Shown here one piece after another: positions 54,414-64,000 of a DNA stretch of 64,000 bases. Position 1 is the stretch's first letter, and each line of letters starts with the position of its first letter. Location: assembly GCA_028715115.1 (NCBI GenBank), contig JAQUSN010000001.1, positions 3,314-67,313 on the forward strand, in the 5' to 3' direction. The notes under the pieces are model-generated. The model was not told where the DNA came from and did not search any database. It worked only from the letters and a program-made list of their open reading frames with translations. This DNA is from Patescibacteria group bacterium (GTDB taxonomy: Bacteria; Patescibacteriota; Patescibacteriia; UBA2591; UBA4787). Made by a program: the position numbers and the translations under genes.

Positions 54414-54764
54414 TTAGATAAATTCGAGCACGGCAACCTTGGCCGCATCGCCCTTTCTTTGTTTTAATTTTACTACGCGAGTATAACCACCCGGCCTGCT
54501 GTTATAGCGAGGACCAAGTGTCTCTAGTAATTTTTTGGTGGCTGTCTGATTATTTAAGTAAGATAAAATTTTTCGACGGCTTGATAAATCATTTTTTTTA
54601 GCCATAGTCACTAATCTTTCGGCTAAAGACTTAACGGTTTTAGCTTTAACTTCGGTAGTTTTAATCTTTTCAGCTAAAATAAAATTAATAGCCAAGCCCC
54701 TTAACAAGGCCCTGTGTGGACTGCTCTTTCTATCAAGGGTTTTTTTATTTTTTCTATGTCGCAT
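54414..54764 (-). CDS. rplQ: 50S ribosomal protein L17
   Basis: MRHRKNKKTLDRKSSPHRALLRGLAINFI. Confidence 0.9.
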   Translation of the reverse strand: MRHRKNKKTLDRKSSPHRALLRGLAINFILAEKIKTTEVKAKTVKSLAERLVTMAKKNDLSSRRKILSYLNNQTATKKLLETLGPRYNSRPGGYTRVVKLKQRKGDAAKVAVLEFI

Positions 54765-54766
54765 AA

Positions 54767-55588
54767 CTACTTCTTTGATTTAGCTTTAACAACTTTCTTC
54801 TTAATGACCTTTTTAACCGTTTTAACTTTTGCCTTGGCTTTCTTAGCCTTAACCGTCTTTTCTTCAGATTTAATATCCATTCCTTGGGCAATGGTTCTTG
54901 CCTGGCCGGTTAAAAAGGCAAATTGACTATTTAACAAATCGGCTGCTTCGACAAAAGCTGCATAAGGAGTAATAGTGCCATCGGTTTCGATGGTTAATTT
55001 TAGTCTGTCATAATCAGTACGCTTACCAACGCGCATGTCTTCAACGTCAGAGGCAATCTTAACGATTGGGCTAAAAATTGAATCCAGAACAATAGTACCA
55101 AGGTCTAAGCCAGTACGATCTTTTTCTTCTGATGGAATATAGCCGAAACCCTTGCTAATATTAATTTCAATTTCTAATTCTGCCTTTTTGTCGGTTAAGG
55201 TTGCCAAATGCAAATCAGGGTTAACTATTTCCACGTCGGCTGATTTTTCGATATCTTTGGCGGTGACTTCTTTTTCTCCTTTTACCGATAATTTAAGCTG
55301 GATCGGCTCTTCTCTAAAAACCTTAAATCTTAGTTGTTTAAAATTTAAAACTAAATGCAAAATATCTTCTTCAACGTGGGGTAAAGTTGAAAATTCGTGG
55401 CGACCGCCTTTAATTTTGATCGAATCAACGGCTGCCCCGGGCAAAGACGATAGAAGAACTCTTCGTAAAGCATTGCCCCAAGTAATGCCGTAGCCCGGAT
55501 AACATGGCTCGATAGTAAAATAACCCTTATTTTTGTTTTCGGGATCGGCCTGGTATTCAATTTTATTCGGTAAAATTATTTGCTCCAT
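54767..55588 (-). CDS. rpoA: DNA-directed RNA polymerase alpha subunit, N-terminal domain only. The alpha-CTD is replaced by a Lys-rich tail.
   Basis: NALRRVLLSSLPGAAVDSIKI. 273 aa ending KAKKAKAKVKTVKKVIKKKVVKAKSKK. No HhH/alpha-CTD sequence. Confidence 0.85.
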   Translation of the reverse strand: MEQIILPNKIEYQADPENKNKGYFTIEPCYPGYGITWGNALRRVLLSSLPGAAVDSIKIKGGRHEFSTLPHVEEDILHLVLNFKQLRFKVFREEPIQLKLSVKGEKEVTAKDIEKSADVEIVNPDLHLATLTDKKAELEIEINISKGFGYIPSEEKDRTGLDLGTIVLDSIFSPIVKIASDVEDMRVGKRTDYDRLKLTIETDGTITPYAAFVEAADLLNSQFAFLTGQARTIAQGMDIKSEEKTVKAKKAKAKVKTVKKVIKKKVVKAKSKK

Positions 55589-55613
55589 AAAATATGTTTT
55601 ATTTTTTAATATT

Positions 55614-56249
55614 TTATCGACTATAAAATTCGACGACTAATTTGGTATTAAAATCTTTCGGCAAATCTTCGGCGCCCGGCAATTTGATGACTTTAATCTC
55701 CGGCTTGGTTTCATCAATCAACAGCCAAGGAACACACCTTTCTCGGCGCTCTTTAGAGGCAACGGAACCGGTTAAAGCTTCCTGAACTTTTTTTGTTAAT
55801 TTTGTGTTTGATTTTAAAGCAATCACGTTATTAACCCTTACTTTAAAAGAAGGAATACTGACTTTACGTTTATTAACCGTAACATGGCCGTGATTAATCA
55901 TTTGCCTGACACCATAGCGAGACGTGCCGAATCCGGCATTAAATACTACGCTATCTAATCTGGTTTCAAGCATTCTGATTAAATCAATTTCGGTATTACC
56001 AGTTTTCTTTTTAGCCTTATTAAAATAATTTTTTAATTGCCGCTCGGAAATATTATAAAATCTTTTAATTTTTTGTTTTTCGCGCAATTGAATGCCATAA
56101 CCGGTCATTTTTGGATAGCCCTTTTGACCATGGATTCCTGGCGGATATTTTCTTTTAACTATTTCGCATTTAGTCGTATAACAACGATCGCCTTTTAGAA
56201 AAAGTTTGGTTCCTTCGCGGCGACAAATTCTGCATTTTGGACCTAACAT
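55614..56249 (-). CDS. rpsD: 30S ribosomal protein S4
   Basis: MLGPKCRICRREGTKLFLKGDRCYTTKC zinc-ribbon N-terminus. Confidence 0.9.
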   Translation of the reverse strand: MLGPKCRICRREGTKLFLKGDRCYTTKCEIVKRKYPPGIHGQKGYPKMTGYGIQLREKQKIKRFYNISERQLKNYFNKAKKKTGNTEIDLIRMLETRLDSVVFNAGFGTSRYGVRQMINHGHVTVNKRKVSIPSFKVRVNNVIALKSNTKLTKKVQEALTGSVASKERRERCVPWLLIDETKPEIKVIKLPGAEDLPKDFNTKLVVEFYSR

Positions 56250-56264
56250 AGATGTTTTAAAAAA

Positions 56265-56675
56265 TTAGACTCGTCTGACTTTTGCCGGCCGACAACCGTT
56301 ATGCGGTACCGGAGTCAAATCTTGAATCGATAAAATATTTAAGCCATTGGCATGGAAAGCTCGAACCGCGCCTTCACGTCCAGCACCAACGCCTCGAATA
56401 AAAACTTGAACTTCTCTCACGCCATATTTGGCGATTTTATCCAATAAATCTTTAACCACTATTCCGGCGGCATAAGGAGTAGCCTTTTTCGGTCCACTAA
56501 ATCCCATTTTGCCCGCTGCTGACCAGCCCAAAACATTACCTTGCAAATCGGTCACATTAATAATGGTATTATTATAAGTAGCATGAACATAAGCCCGCCC
56601 GCGCGGGACCTGAGTCACCACTTTATTGGACTTTCTCACTTTTTTTACTTTTTCGGCTTTTATTGCTTCGGCCAT
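56265..56675 (-). CDS. rpsK: 30S ribosomal protein S11
   Basis: GRAYVHATYNNTIINVTDLQGNVLGWSAAG. Confidence 0.9.
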   Translation of the reverse strand: MAEAIKAEKVKKVRKSNKVVTQVPRGRAYVHATYNNTIINVTDLQGNVLGWSAAGKMGFSGPKKATPYAAGIVVKDLLDKIAKYGVREVQVFIRGVGAGREGAVRAFHANGLNILSIQDLTPVPHNGCRPAKVRRV

Positions 56676-56692
56676 ATTAATTTAAATTAAGA

Positions 56693-57079
56693 TTAACCTT
56701 TAGTGACGGCGCGACGACCGCTACCCATGGTATGGCGAACATTGCCGCGGACTGTGCGCGAATTAGTTTTGGTTCGTTGTCCGCGAACCGGCAAATGTTT
56801 GGCATGTCGAGATCCACGATAAGAACTGATTTCTTTCAATCGTTTAATATTCGCGGAAACATCGCGGCGCAAATCGCCTTCTACGCGATAAGTATTCTCA
56901 ATATGAGATTTTAGACTATCGATTTCTTTATCGCTTAAATCTTTAACTCTTTTTTCTCCGTCAACGTTAGTTTTGTTTAAAATTTTTTTAACCGTAGTTG
57001 GGCCAATGCCAAAAATATAGGTTAAACCTATTTTAACCTTTTTCTGCGGGGGAAGATTGATACCGGCAATTCTAGCCAT
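56693..57079 (-). CDS. rpsM: 30S ribosomal protein S13
   Basis: MARIAGINLPPQKKVKIGLTYIFGIG. Confidence 0.9.
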   Translation of the reverse strand: MARIAGINLPPQKKVKIGLTYIFGIGPTTVKKILNKTNVDGEKRVKDLSDKEIDSLKSHIENTYRVEGDLRRDVSANIKRLKEISSYRGSRHAKHLPVRGQRTKTNSRTVRGNVRHTMGSGRRAVTKG

Positions 57080-57098
57080 AAAAATTAAAAATTAATCG

Positions 57099-57215
57099 TT
57101 ATCCCTGTCTTTGTTTATGCTTGGGGGTAACTTTACAAATAACATAAACTCGCTTGCCCCGACGGACAAGTTTACAATGTCGACAAATTGGTTTTACAGA
57201 TGTTCGAACCTTCAT
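57099..57215 (-). CDS. rpmJ: 50S ribosomal protein L36 (38 aa). Absent from the ORF track.
   Basis: Minus-strand translation [38 protein letters not shown]. Canonical infA-rpmJ-rpsM order. Confidence 0.85.
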   Translation of the reverse strand: MKVRTSVKPICRHCKLVRRGKRVYVICKVTPKHKQRQG

Positions 57216-57298
57216 CAAACCTACGAATTACGAATAATGAGTGAATTCTTTAAGAATTATAATTTGTATTCGGCAACTGGCGGAAATTTATCTATAGC

Positions 57299-57517
57299 TC
57301 AGAACCTATAAGTTACTCTGCCCTTGGTTAAATCGTATGGACTCATCTCTATTCTCACTCTATCTCCCAATAAAATCCTAATCTGATTCATTCTTAAACG
57401 CCCAGACAAATAAGCCAGAATTTCTCGGCTATCGTCTAGTTTGACTTTAAAAGTCGTGGACGGCAGCACTTCTTCGACTACACCCTCGACTTCTAAAAAA
57501 TCTTGTTTTTTTCCCAT
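57299..57517 (-). CDS. infA: translation initiation factor IF-1
   Basis: 72-aa S1-like protein ([35 protein letters not shown]). Confidence 0.9.
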   Translation of the reverse strand: MGKKQDFLEVEGVVEEVLPSTTFKVKLDDSREILAYLSGRLRMNQIRILLGDRVRIEMSPYDLTKGRVTYRF

Positions 57518-57559
57518 ACGTAGTAAAAGAAAACAATGTTTAATTATTATAATGGAAAG

Positions 57560-58225
57560 CTAAATTATGTCAAGTCTAATTTTAATTCTTTCCCCAGAGG
57601 CTGGCAACCTGGCCTTCTGGCTCCAGGAGTTGATTATTTTTGAGCTTTGTAAGTTGGGTAGAGTTCGCAAATAATCCTTTGCTTCGTCAACCGTCTTGTT
57701 CACTAATTGATTTTTTATTTTCGCAAAATCATAAACGGGAATTACCTCATTAGTGACAAAAAATGTTACTATCGCCGTCTCTTTCACTGGATCAAAGGCC
57801 GTAACCTGAGAACTATAAATAACGAATTTATCCTTTAACGGCGCCCGATCTCCATATGTGGTGTCGATTAGCTTCTGTTTGAATAAGGCATCCAAATCAG
57901 ACAAACGGCAGGTTAAAAGTCGATTAGTCTGCGGGTCAAATAGCTTGTCACTCAAAAAATATCTTCTAGTATTAATCTTTTGACCGCGGACAACTATACC
58001 GGGGACAGTGTCCAGCTGATAAATACCTTCTTTTATAGAAGAGTCTATTCTAACTAATTGTTCCGCACCATACGGCTCTCTGTTCACCCGTAAAATAACC
58101 TGCGCTGAAGGTAAAAAAAATAAACCCGCCACTATTAAAAGGATAACAAATAATCCCAAAAAAACAAGGGCGATAAAACGATGGTGCTGAAATTGCGTTT
58201 CCGATTTAATGGCCTTATTAAGCAT
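57560..58225 (-). CDS. membrane-anchored hypothetical protein (FtsQ/DivIB-like by position downstream of murB, not by sequence)
   Basis: Single N-terminal TM helix. 221 aa. Confidence 0.4.
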   Translation of the reverse strand: MLNKAIKSETQFQHHRFIALVFLGLFVILLIVAGLFFLPSAQVILRVNREPYGAEQLVRIDSSIKEGIYQLDTVPGIVVRGQKINTRRYFLSDKLFDPQTNRLLTCRLSDLDALFKQKLIDTTYGDRAPLKDKFVIYSSQVTAFDPVKETAIVTFFVTNEVIPVYDFAKIKNQLVNKTVDEAKDYLRTLPNLQSSKIINSWSQKARLPASGERIKIRLDII

Positions 58226-58227
58226 AA

Positions 58228-59151
58228 TTAGATTATCTCCACCTCTTCTTTTATTTTAATTTTAAATTTTTTAAAAACCGCTAATTTGGCCAGCTTAATC
58301 ATCCTCAAAACATCCCTAGCCTTGCCTTGACCTAAATTTACTATGAAATTGGCATGCTTGGGACTAATCTGGATTTGCCCGATTTTTTTACCCTTAAGAC
58401 CAGATTTATCTATTAGCCAAGCCGCGGGAATGAGACCAGTTTTAGTGATATTAACAAGCTCTGGATATTTTTTAAGTAAGGGCTGATGTTTTCTCGAAAA
58501 GGTAATATTTTTAAAAATACAACCGGCGCTGGGCTCGCAAGGCTGGCCAGATCTTTTGAATAAAATTTCGTGAATTTGTTTTTTGATTAAATTCTTATCG
58601 CCCCCTTTAAGCTCTATCTCTACCTCTAAAACAATAAGCAAACGATTTTGTTTAAAAATACTATCTCGATAAGAAAACCTGCACTCTTTATTGGAAAAAT
58701 TTTTTTTCGCTAATTTAGGATCAATAATTAAAACTCTTTTTACCACGTCGGCCATCGAACCGCCAAAAGCGCCAGCATTACCGCGAATCGCTCCGCCCAC
58801 CGTGCCCGGGATCCCGGCCGCCCACTCTAAACCGCTTAATCCGTTTTTAGCCGCCAAGCTTACTAATTGCGCCAAAGGCATATTAGCGCCAACTGATAAT
58901 TTTTTGCCCGATATTTTATTTTCGTTTAATTTAATCTTAATTACCAAGCCGTTAAATCCTTTATCAGGAACCAATAAATTGCTTCCACCGCCCAAAATAA
59001 AATGTTTTAATTTGTTTTTCTTGGCCCATTTAAGGGCGTTAATCAGTTCATTGGCTGATTTTGCCAGAAAAAAATATTTGGCCGGTCCGCCAATTTTAAA
59101 AGTAGTATAATGTTTTAAATCGACGTTTTGATTAATCTTTAGATTGGCCAT
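58228..59151 (-). CDS. murB: UDP-N-acetylenolpyruvoylglucosamine reductase
   Basis: FAD-binding N-terminus FKIGGPAKYF...ILGGGSNLLV. Confidence 0.85.
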   Translation of the reverse strand: MANLKINQNVDLKHYTTFKIGGPAKYFFLAKSANELINALKWAKKNKLKHFILGGGSNLLVPDKGFNGLVIKIKLNENKISGKKLSVGANMPLAQLVSLAAKNGLSGLEWAAGIPGTVGGAIRGNAGAFGGSMADVVKRVLIIDPKLAKKNFSNKECRFSYRDSIFKQNRLLIVLEVEIELKGGDKNLIKKQIHEILFKRSGQPCEPSAGCIFKNITFSRKHQPLLKKYPELVNITKTGLIPAAWLIDKSGLKGKKIGQIQISPKHANFIVNLGQGKARDVLRMIKLAKLAVFKKFKIKIKEEVEII

Positions 59152-59295
59152 TCAAACAAAAAATTGTTTAGTTATTAAATTATAGCGAAAATTTTTAAAA
59201 AATCAAATCCTTTATCCACAAGAAATTGGGACTATTGGCAAAATTAAAATTTAGCATATAATCAAGAAGGATACTTAACATTAAAAACCATATTT

Positions 59296-60228
59296 ATGGA
59301 CCATCCTTCAACCGTTCAAAAAATCGAGGGAAACGGCATTAGCTGGATTAACGTCTCTAAGATCGGTTCAGAAGAAATGAAGTATTTGGAAAAAACTTTT
59401 AATTTCCGTCCACTTCATTTAGCTGATTGTTTTTCACCGCTACAACGCCCTAAGGTTAATCTTCAAAATGATTACTTGTTTATGGTGTTGCTTTTCCCTG
59501 TTTATCGGCGCAAGACCAGGGAAATTATCACGGCCGAATTAGACGTTTTTATTGGTAAAGATTACTTGGTCACAGCTCATAATAATGACTTGTCTCCGTT
59601 GATTAATTTGTTTAACCTCTGCCAAATCAACGAAAACCAACGGCAAAAATATTTTAAAAATAATCCAACCTTCCTAATTTACGAAGTCCTTAATCGCCTT
59701 TGCTGTTATTGCCAACCGATTTTAGATGACATGCAACTGGCCACGGCCAGTATTGAAGAGCATATTTTCCGCGGCTATGAACGCCGCATGGTCAGGGAAA
59801 TTCTAATCGTTAAAAGAAACATAATTAATTTAAGACAAATCACGCGAGTTCATGAATCTGTTTTAAGCCAATTCGTCACTAAAGGAGAAAAGTTCTTGGA
59901 TTTTAGCGGTATTAAAGCTAATTTTTTAGAACTTATCGAAAGTACCGGCGACATGTGGAATCTTCTAGAAAACCTTTATCAAAATATCGAAGCCTTAGAA
60001 GAAACCAACAACTCTCTCGTTTCTTTTCGGCTTAACGATATCGTAAAAATTTTAACCACCATTTCCGTTCTAGCCCTGCCAATTACAATCGTTACCAGCC
60101 TTTTCAGCATGAATATCCATCATAGTCCGCTTATCGATTATCCGGCCGCTTTCTGGATCTTAATCAGCGGCATGATTATACTTTTCGCCTTCTTGCTTTT
60201 TTACGTTAAAAGAAAAAAATGGATTTAA
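59296..60228 (+). CDS. corA: CorA-family Mg2+/Co2+ transporter
   Basis: Two C-terminal TM helices with an SMN (GMN-variant) motif FSMNIHHSP. Confidence 0.75.
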   Translation: MDHPSTVQKIEGNGISWINVSKIGSEEMKYLEKTFNFRPLHLADCFSPLQRPKVNLQNDYLFMVLLFPVYRRKTREIITAELDVFIGKDYLVTAHNNDLSPLINLFNLCQINENQRQKYFKNNPTFLIYEVLNRLCCYCQPILDDMQLATASIEEHIFRGYERRMVREILIVKRNIINLRQITRVHESVLSQFVTKGEKFLDFSGIKANFLELIESTGDMWNLLENLYQNIEALEETNNSLVSFRLNDIVKILTTISVLALPITIVTSLFSMNIHHSPLIDYPAAFWILISGMIILFAFLLFYVKRKKWI

Positions 60229-60229
60229 T

Positions 60230-61615
60230 ATGCAACTATTTAATACTTTAACTAGAAAAAAAGAAGAATTTACTCCCATCAAACCGCCTTACGTCGGTAT
60301 GTATACTTGCGGACCGACGGTTTATAATTTTGCTCACATCGGCAATTTACGCGCCTATCTTTTTGAAGACTTATTGAAAAAAACCTTATCTTACAACGGC
60401 TATCAAGTTCACCATGTAATGAATATTACCGACGTTGGCCACCTGATCTCTGATTCAGATGCTGGCGAAGACAAAATCGAAAAAGCCGCGAGCGAAAAAA
60501 AACAAAGCCCACAAGCAATTGCCGAATTTTACACCAAGGCTTTTCAAAAAAATCTGTGCGACTTAAACATTGCCGACCCCGATATTTGGTGTAAGGCTAC
60601 CGAACACATCCAAGAGCAAGTCGAATTAATAAAAAGACTAGAAAAAAATGATTATACTTATATTGGATTAAGCGGAAATGTTTATTTCAATGCCTGCAAA
60701 TTTAAAAATTACGGCGACTTGGCTAAATTAAATCTGGAAGAACAGAAAGCTGGCGCGCGAACGGAGATAGATTCAGAAAAAAAACATCCACACGATTTTG
60801 TCTTGTGGTTTTCGGTCAACGGTTCAAAGTTTAAAAACCACTTATTAAAATGGCCATCGCCCTGGGGTGAAGGTTGGCCCGGTTGGCACATTGAATGTAG
60901 TGCCATGAGCATGAAATATTTAGGTGAACAGTTTGACATCCACTGCGGCGGGATTGATCATATACCCGTTCATCATACTAATGAAATAGCGCAGAGCGAA
61001 GCGGCTACTGGCAAAAAATGGGTTAATTATTGGCTACATAACGAATTTCTTTTGCTAGATAAAGAAAAAATGGCCAAATCAGCCGGCGGATTTATTACCC
61101 TGGAAAACCTAATAAACAAGGGCTTTAATCCACTGGCGTATCGTTATTTATGTTTAACTGCTCATTATCGTTCACAGCTAAATTTTTCTTGGCAATCTTT
61201 GGAAGGAGCGCAAAATGCCTTGAACAAACTTTACCAAACTATCGCCAATTTTGATAAGGCCAATGGCGTTGATCCGGAATATAAAAAAGAATTTGTGGAA
61301 GCGATTAGCGACGATCTTGATTCGCCCAAAGCCGTGGCCCTGGCCTGGGAATTACTGAAAAGCGATTTGCCCGAAGAGATTAAACTGGGCACATTATTTG
61401 ATTTTGATAAAGTTTTAAGTTTAGATTTAGAAAAAAAATGGCGCGAAACTAAAAACATTCCTCAAGAAATAAAAGATTTAGCCAAAGAACGAGAAAACGC
61501 TCGCGCAAATAAAGACTGGGCTAGGTCTGATGACTTGCGAAAAAAAATACAAGAACTCGGTTACTCGGTTGAAGACACGCCTGACGGCAACTTGGTCAAA
61601 AAGATGAACCAATAA
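60230..61615 (+). CDS. cysS: cysteine--tRNA ligase
   Basis: [17 protein letters not shown] (HIGH), KMAKS, Zn ligand Cys. Confidence 0.9.
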   Translation: MQLFNTLTRKKEEFTPIKPPYVGMYTCGPTVYNFAHIGNLRAYLFEDLLKKTLSYNGYQVHHVMNITDVGHLISDSDAGEDKIEKAASEKKQSPQAIAEFYTKAFQKNLCDLNIADPDIWCKATEHIQEQVELIKRLEKNDYTYIGLSGNVYFNACKFKNYGDLAKLNLEEQKAGARTEIDSEKKHPHDFVLWFSVNGSKFKNHLLKWPSPWGEGWPGWHIECSAMSMKYLGEQFDIHCGGIDHIPVHHTNEIAQSEAATGKKWVNYWLHNEFLLLDKEKMAKSAGGFITLENLINKGFNPLAYRYLCLTAHYRSQLNFSWQSLEGAQNALNKLYQTIANFDKANGVDPEYKKEFVEAISDDLDSPKAVALAWELLKSDLPEEIKLGTLFDFDKVLSLDLEKKWRETKNIPQEIKDLAKERENARANKDWARSDDLRKKIQELGYSVEDTPDGNLVKKMNQ

Positions 61616-61617
61616 AA

Positions 61618-61649
61618 ACGCATATTTTCTCGGCCGAGAAAATATGCGT
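61618..61649. repeat. 32-nt perfect palindrome ACGCATATTTTCTCGG|CCGAGAAAATATGCGT immediately after the cysS stop
   Basis: 16-bp perfect arms. Followed by a separate canonical terminator. Confidence 0.5.
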
Positions 61650-61660
61650 CATAATATAAA

Positions 61661-61697
61661 AACAGCTCTCAGAATTACGGGAGCTGTTTTTTATATT
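61661..61697. terminator. bidirectional intrinsic terminator AACAGCTC-N12-GAGCTGTT plus TTTTTTATATTTT
   Basis: Lies between the convergent cysS and HD-domain genes. Confidence 0.55.
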
Positions 61698-61705
61698 TTA
61701 AAAAA

Positions 61706-62271
61706 TTATTTAGAAATAGCCTGAAAAACCAGGTTTTTTATTTTCTTATTTTTGAATTTCATTTTTTTGACAATATTTTGGCCCTTTTTTGATAACCGAA
61801 AGTACATAAAAGCGATCTTCTTTAATGCTCTTTCTTGCCCGTTTCTTTTTAAAACCGACGGAATATTGTAAGCAAAAAAGGCTAAACTATCGGCATTTTT
61901 TAAAATGTCGGTGTTTCGATCTCCTCCAACTTCATGTTTCTTAATCAAAGCTACAGCATCTTTAATCAAAAATGATTGATAATGATGTTTTTTAATAAAT
62001 CAGCGGTAATTTTGGCTGATCGCAGGGCATGAGCCTTTTTGAATTGATTAATCTTTGAATAATCTTTAAGATCCCTCTCTGTAATTCCCGTAACCGCTCG
62101 CTCGATATCGTGTGTAATGGCCGCTATTTTAAGTGCGTCATTGGCTTTCGGGTTTAATTTTAAAACATATTTTAAAACCAAACGAGAATGCATAACCTCA
62201 AAATCAATTGGTGATTTAACTAAATTTTTTTCTACTTCTTTTCTAAATGAATTAAATTTTTTAATATCCAT
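61706..62271 (-). pseudogene. HD-domain phosphohydrolase split into two overlapping frames (61966-62271 and 61706-61969). This is either a frameshift/pseudogene or a TTG-initiated coupled pair.
   Basis: N-terminal piece has the H...HD motif (ITHDIERAV). The C-terminal piece begins at TTG overlapping the upstream TGA (TTTTTGATTAAAG). Combined length about 188 aa is typical of HD hydrolases. Confidence 0.4.
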
Positions 62272-62274
62272 AAT

Positions 62275-62499
62275 CTATTTTTTATTTAGAATCAACGCAA
62301 ATACAGCGGCGAGTAAAGCCAATAAATTCAGCGAAGCAATCATACTAATACCAGTGCGATAACCGTCAACAACAAGTAAGAGCACCCCCAAAGCATAACC
62401 AGCCACGAATAAATTTTGTAGATTATGATTTTTCTTTAAAAGCATTACTAATTGATAAAGCCAGGCCAAAACAATGATCACTAAACCAATAGTTGTCAT
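62275..62499 (-). CDS. small two-TM membrane protein
   Basis: 74-aa hydrophobic ORF. Confidence 0.4.
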   Translation of the reverse strand: MTTIGLVIIVLAWLYQLVMLLKKNHNLQNLFVAGYALGVLLLVVDGYRTGISMIASLNLLALLAAVFALILNKK

Positions 62500-62560
62500 A
62501 AATTTAAAATTAACTAATTAGATACCGACAATTTTAGCAAATCCAAAAATTTATTCAAGT

Positions 62561-64000
62561 TTAAAATTTAGCCAAGCGATACCAACGCATTGATAGAGCG
62601 TTTAGAACCACGCTTACCGAAGAAAAAGCCATAGCTGCCGCGGCCAGAGCTGGATTTAAAAGCCAGCCGGTTATAGGGTATAATATGCCAGCGGCCACGG
62701 GTATAGTAATCGTATTATAAAACATAGCCCAAAACAAATTTTGTTTAATTTTTCTAAGCGTATAGCGCGATAAACTCATAGCTCTCAACACGTCTTTCAA
62801 GTCATCCTTAATTAAAACTATCTCGCCCGTTTCTAGCGCTACGTCCGTACCAGAACCCAGGGCAATGCCCAAGTCTGCTTGCGCTAAGGCCGGCGCATCG
62901 TTTATCCCATCGCCGACCATGGCAACGACAAATCCTTGATCTTGAAGCTTTTTTATTTCTAAAGATTTATCTTGCGGTAAAACTTCGGCCAATATATTAT
63001 CAATGCCTAATTTTTGGCCAATTGCCCCAGCTGTTAATTGGTTGTCTCCGGTAATCATCGCTATCTTTATGTTTTGTTTTTTTAAAGCAGCGACTACATT
63101 ATTGGCGCTCGGTTTTAATTCGTCAGCCAACAAAATAACTCCTACTATGCCTTGTTCTTGCGTTACAAATAAATACGTGCCTATGGAATTTAACTTGTTA
63201 ACAAAAGAATTATCTAGCCCAACTAATAATTTCTTATTACCAAGCATGATTTTTTTATTTTTATTATCAAAGCCAATAATTCCTTGCCCTTCGATTTCTT
63301 GAAAATCTTTCACGGGGAATGTCTCTATCTTTTTTTCTTGAGAGTAAAGAGCAACAGCTTGCGATAACGGGTGATTAGAATTTTTCGCTAAAGAAGCAGC
63401 TATTTGAATAATTTCTTTCTCATTAAAACCAAGCGACGGATTAATGACAACTTCCTGCACTTCGGGCTCGCCTTTAGTTAAGGTTCCTGTTTTATCAAAA
63501 ACAACAAAATTAACTCTGCGACTAATTTCCAGCGCCTTGGCGCTTTTAATTAAAATGCCATTTTTCGCCGCCAAGCCTGTCCCCATCATTACAGCCGTCG
63601 GCGTAGCCAGGCCTAGGGCGCAAGGGCAGGCAATAACCAAAACTGCGACAAAAACCGTTAAAGCAAAAGACAAAGGATAACCTATAATTAGCCAAATAAA
63701 TAAGGCTAATAATGCAACTCCAATAACTGCTGGCACAAAATAAAAAGAAATTTTATCGGCCAAAAGCTGAATGGGCGCCTTAGAGCCCATGGCTTGTTCG
63801 ACAACTTTAATAATCTGGGCCAACATTGTGTCTTGACCTATCTTAGTAGCCCGAAATTTTAAAATGCCATTTTTATTAATCGTGGCGCCAATAATAGTGT
63901 CTCCTGCTTTTTTTTCTACTGGCAAACTTTCGCCAGTAATCATTTTTTCGTCGACACTCGAAGCTCCTTCGATAATTATCCCATCAGCCGGAACCCTTTC
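62561..64000 (-). CDS. heavy-metal-translocating P1B-type ATPase (CopA/ZntA-like), C-terminal part. The gene continues past the window end.
   Basis: CPCALGLATP (CPC), DKTGTLT phosphorylation site, GDGINDAPAL hinge. Confidence 0.85.
   Translation of the reverse strand, partial: ERVPADGIIIEGASSVDEKMITGESLPVEKKAGDTIIGATINKNGILKFRATKIGQDTMLAQIIKVVEQAMGSKAPIQLLADKISFYFVPAVIGVALLALFIWLIIGYPLSFALTVFVAVLVIACPCALGLATPTAVMMGTGLAAKNGILIKSAKALEISRRVNFVVFDKTGTLTKGEPEVQEVVINPSLGFNEKEIIQIAASLAKNSNHPLSQAVALYSQEKKIETFPVKDFQEIEGQGIIGFDNKNKKIMLGNKKLLVGLDNSFVNKLNSIGTYLFVTQEQGIVGVILLADELKPSANNVVAALKKQNIKIAMITGDNQLTAGAIGQKLGIDNILAEVLPQDKSLEIKKLQDQGFVVAMVGDGINDAPALAQADLGIALGSGTDVALETGEIVLIKDDLKDVLRAMSLSRYTLRKIKQNLFWAMFYNTITIPVAAGILYPITGWLLNPALAAAAMAFSSVSVVLNALSMRWYRLAKF

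Noticed and set aside
57111-57311. Plus-strand 66-aa ORF
   Set aside because: Antisense to rpmJ (L36), which has a clear family match.

Overview
This window is AT-rich (about 38% GC by eye), gene-dense, and mostly coded on the minus strand. The gene content looks like a reduced genome, possibly Candidate Phyla Radiation/Patescibacteria-like; that placement is inference only.

Gene content:
- Translation genes: pheS and pheT, glyQS-type GlyRS, ileS, cysS, infA, rpmJ, rpsM, rpsK, rpsD, rpoA, rplQ, rplM, rpsI, rpsU, def, tgt.
- A folate one-carbon trio: glyA, thyX, folD.
- Envelope glycosylation loci: three GT2, one GT1, a Wzy-like and a Wzx-like protein.
- A surface protein cluster that includes a 1935-aa Cys-rich giant protein and proteins with thrombospondin-type-3-like Ca-binding repeats.
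- A tRNA island: Thr(CGU), Gly(CCC), Trp(CCA), Thr(UGU), Tyr(GUA), Thr(GGU).

Anomalies, in order of interest:
1. tRNA genes with duplicated 5' fragments. The tRNA-Thr genes sit next to duplicated tRNA 5' fragments (13-19 nt, cut in the D-loop) and a conserved double-hairpin repeat. One copy carries a GIY-YIG endonuclease gene. This looks like a family of D-loop-targeting insertion elements that regenerate the tRNA.
2. A GC-rich inverted-repeat pair. The pair GCCTGCCCGCC ... GGCG-NN-GGCAGGCGGG recurs around 73-77 nt segments: in the leaders of pheT and glyQS, and bracketing an intact tRNA-Thr. Shorter versions are inserted in frame in pheS and in a helicase gene.
3. Self-contained high-GC cassettes. 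Five plus-strand cassettes (about 55% GC) each have a near-consensus sigma70 promoter, an AAGGAGG RBS, a small hydrophobic or secreted ORF and a strong intrinsic terminator. They sit between minus-strand host genes.
4. A candidate GC-rich sRNA lies divergent from glyA.
5. RpoA lacks the alpha C-terminal domain; it ends in a Lys-rich tail instead.
6. The rpmJ (L36) gene is missing from the ORF track because it is short.
7. An HD-domain gene is split by a frameshift.
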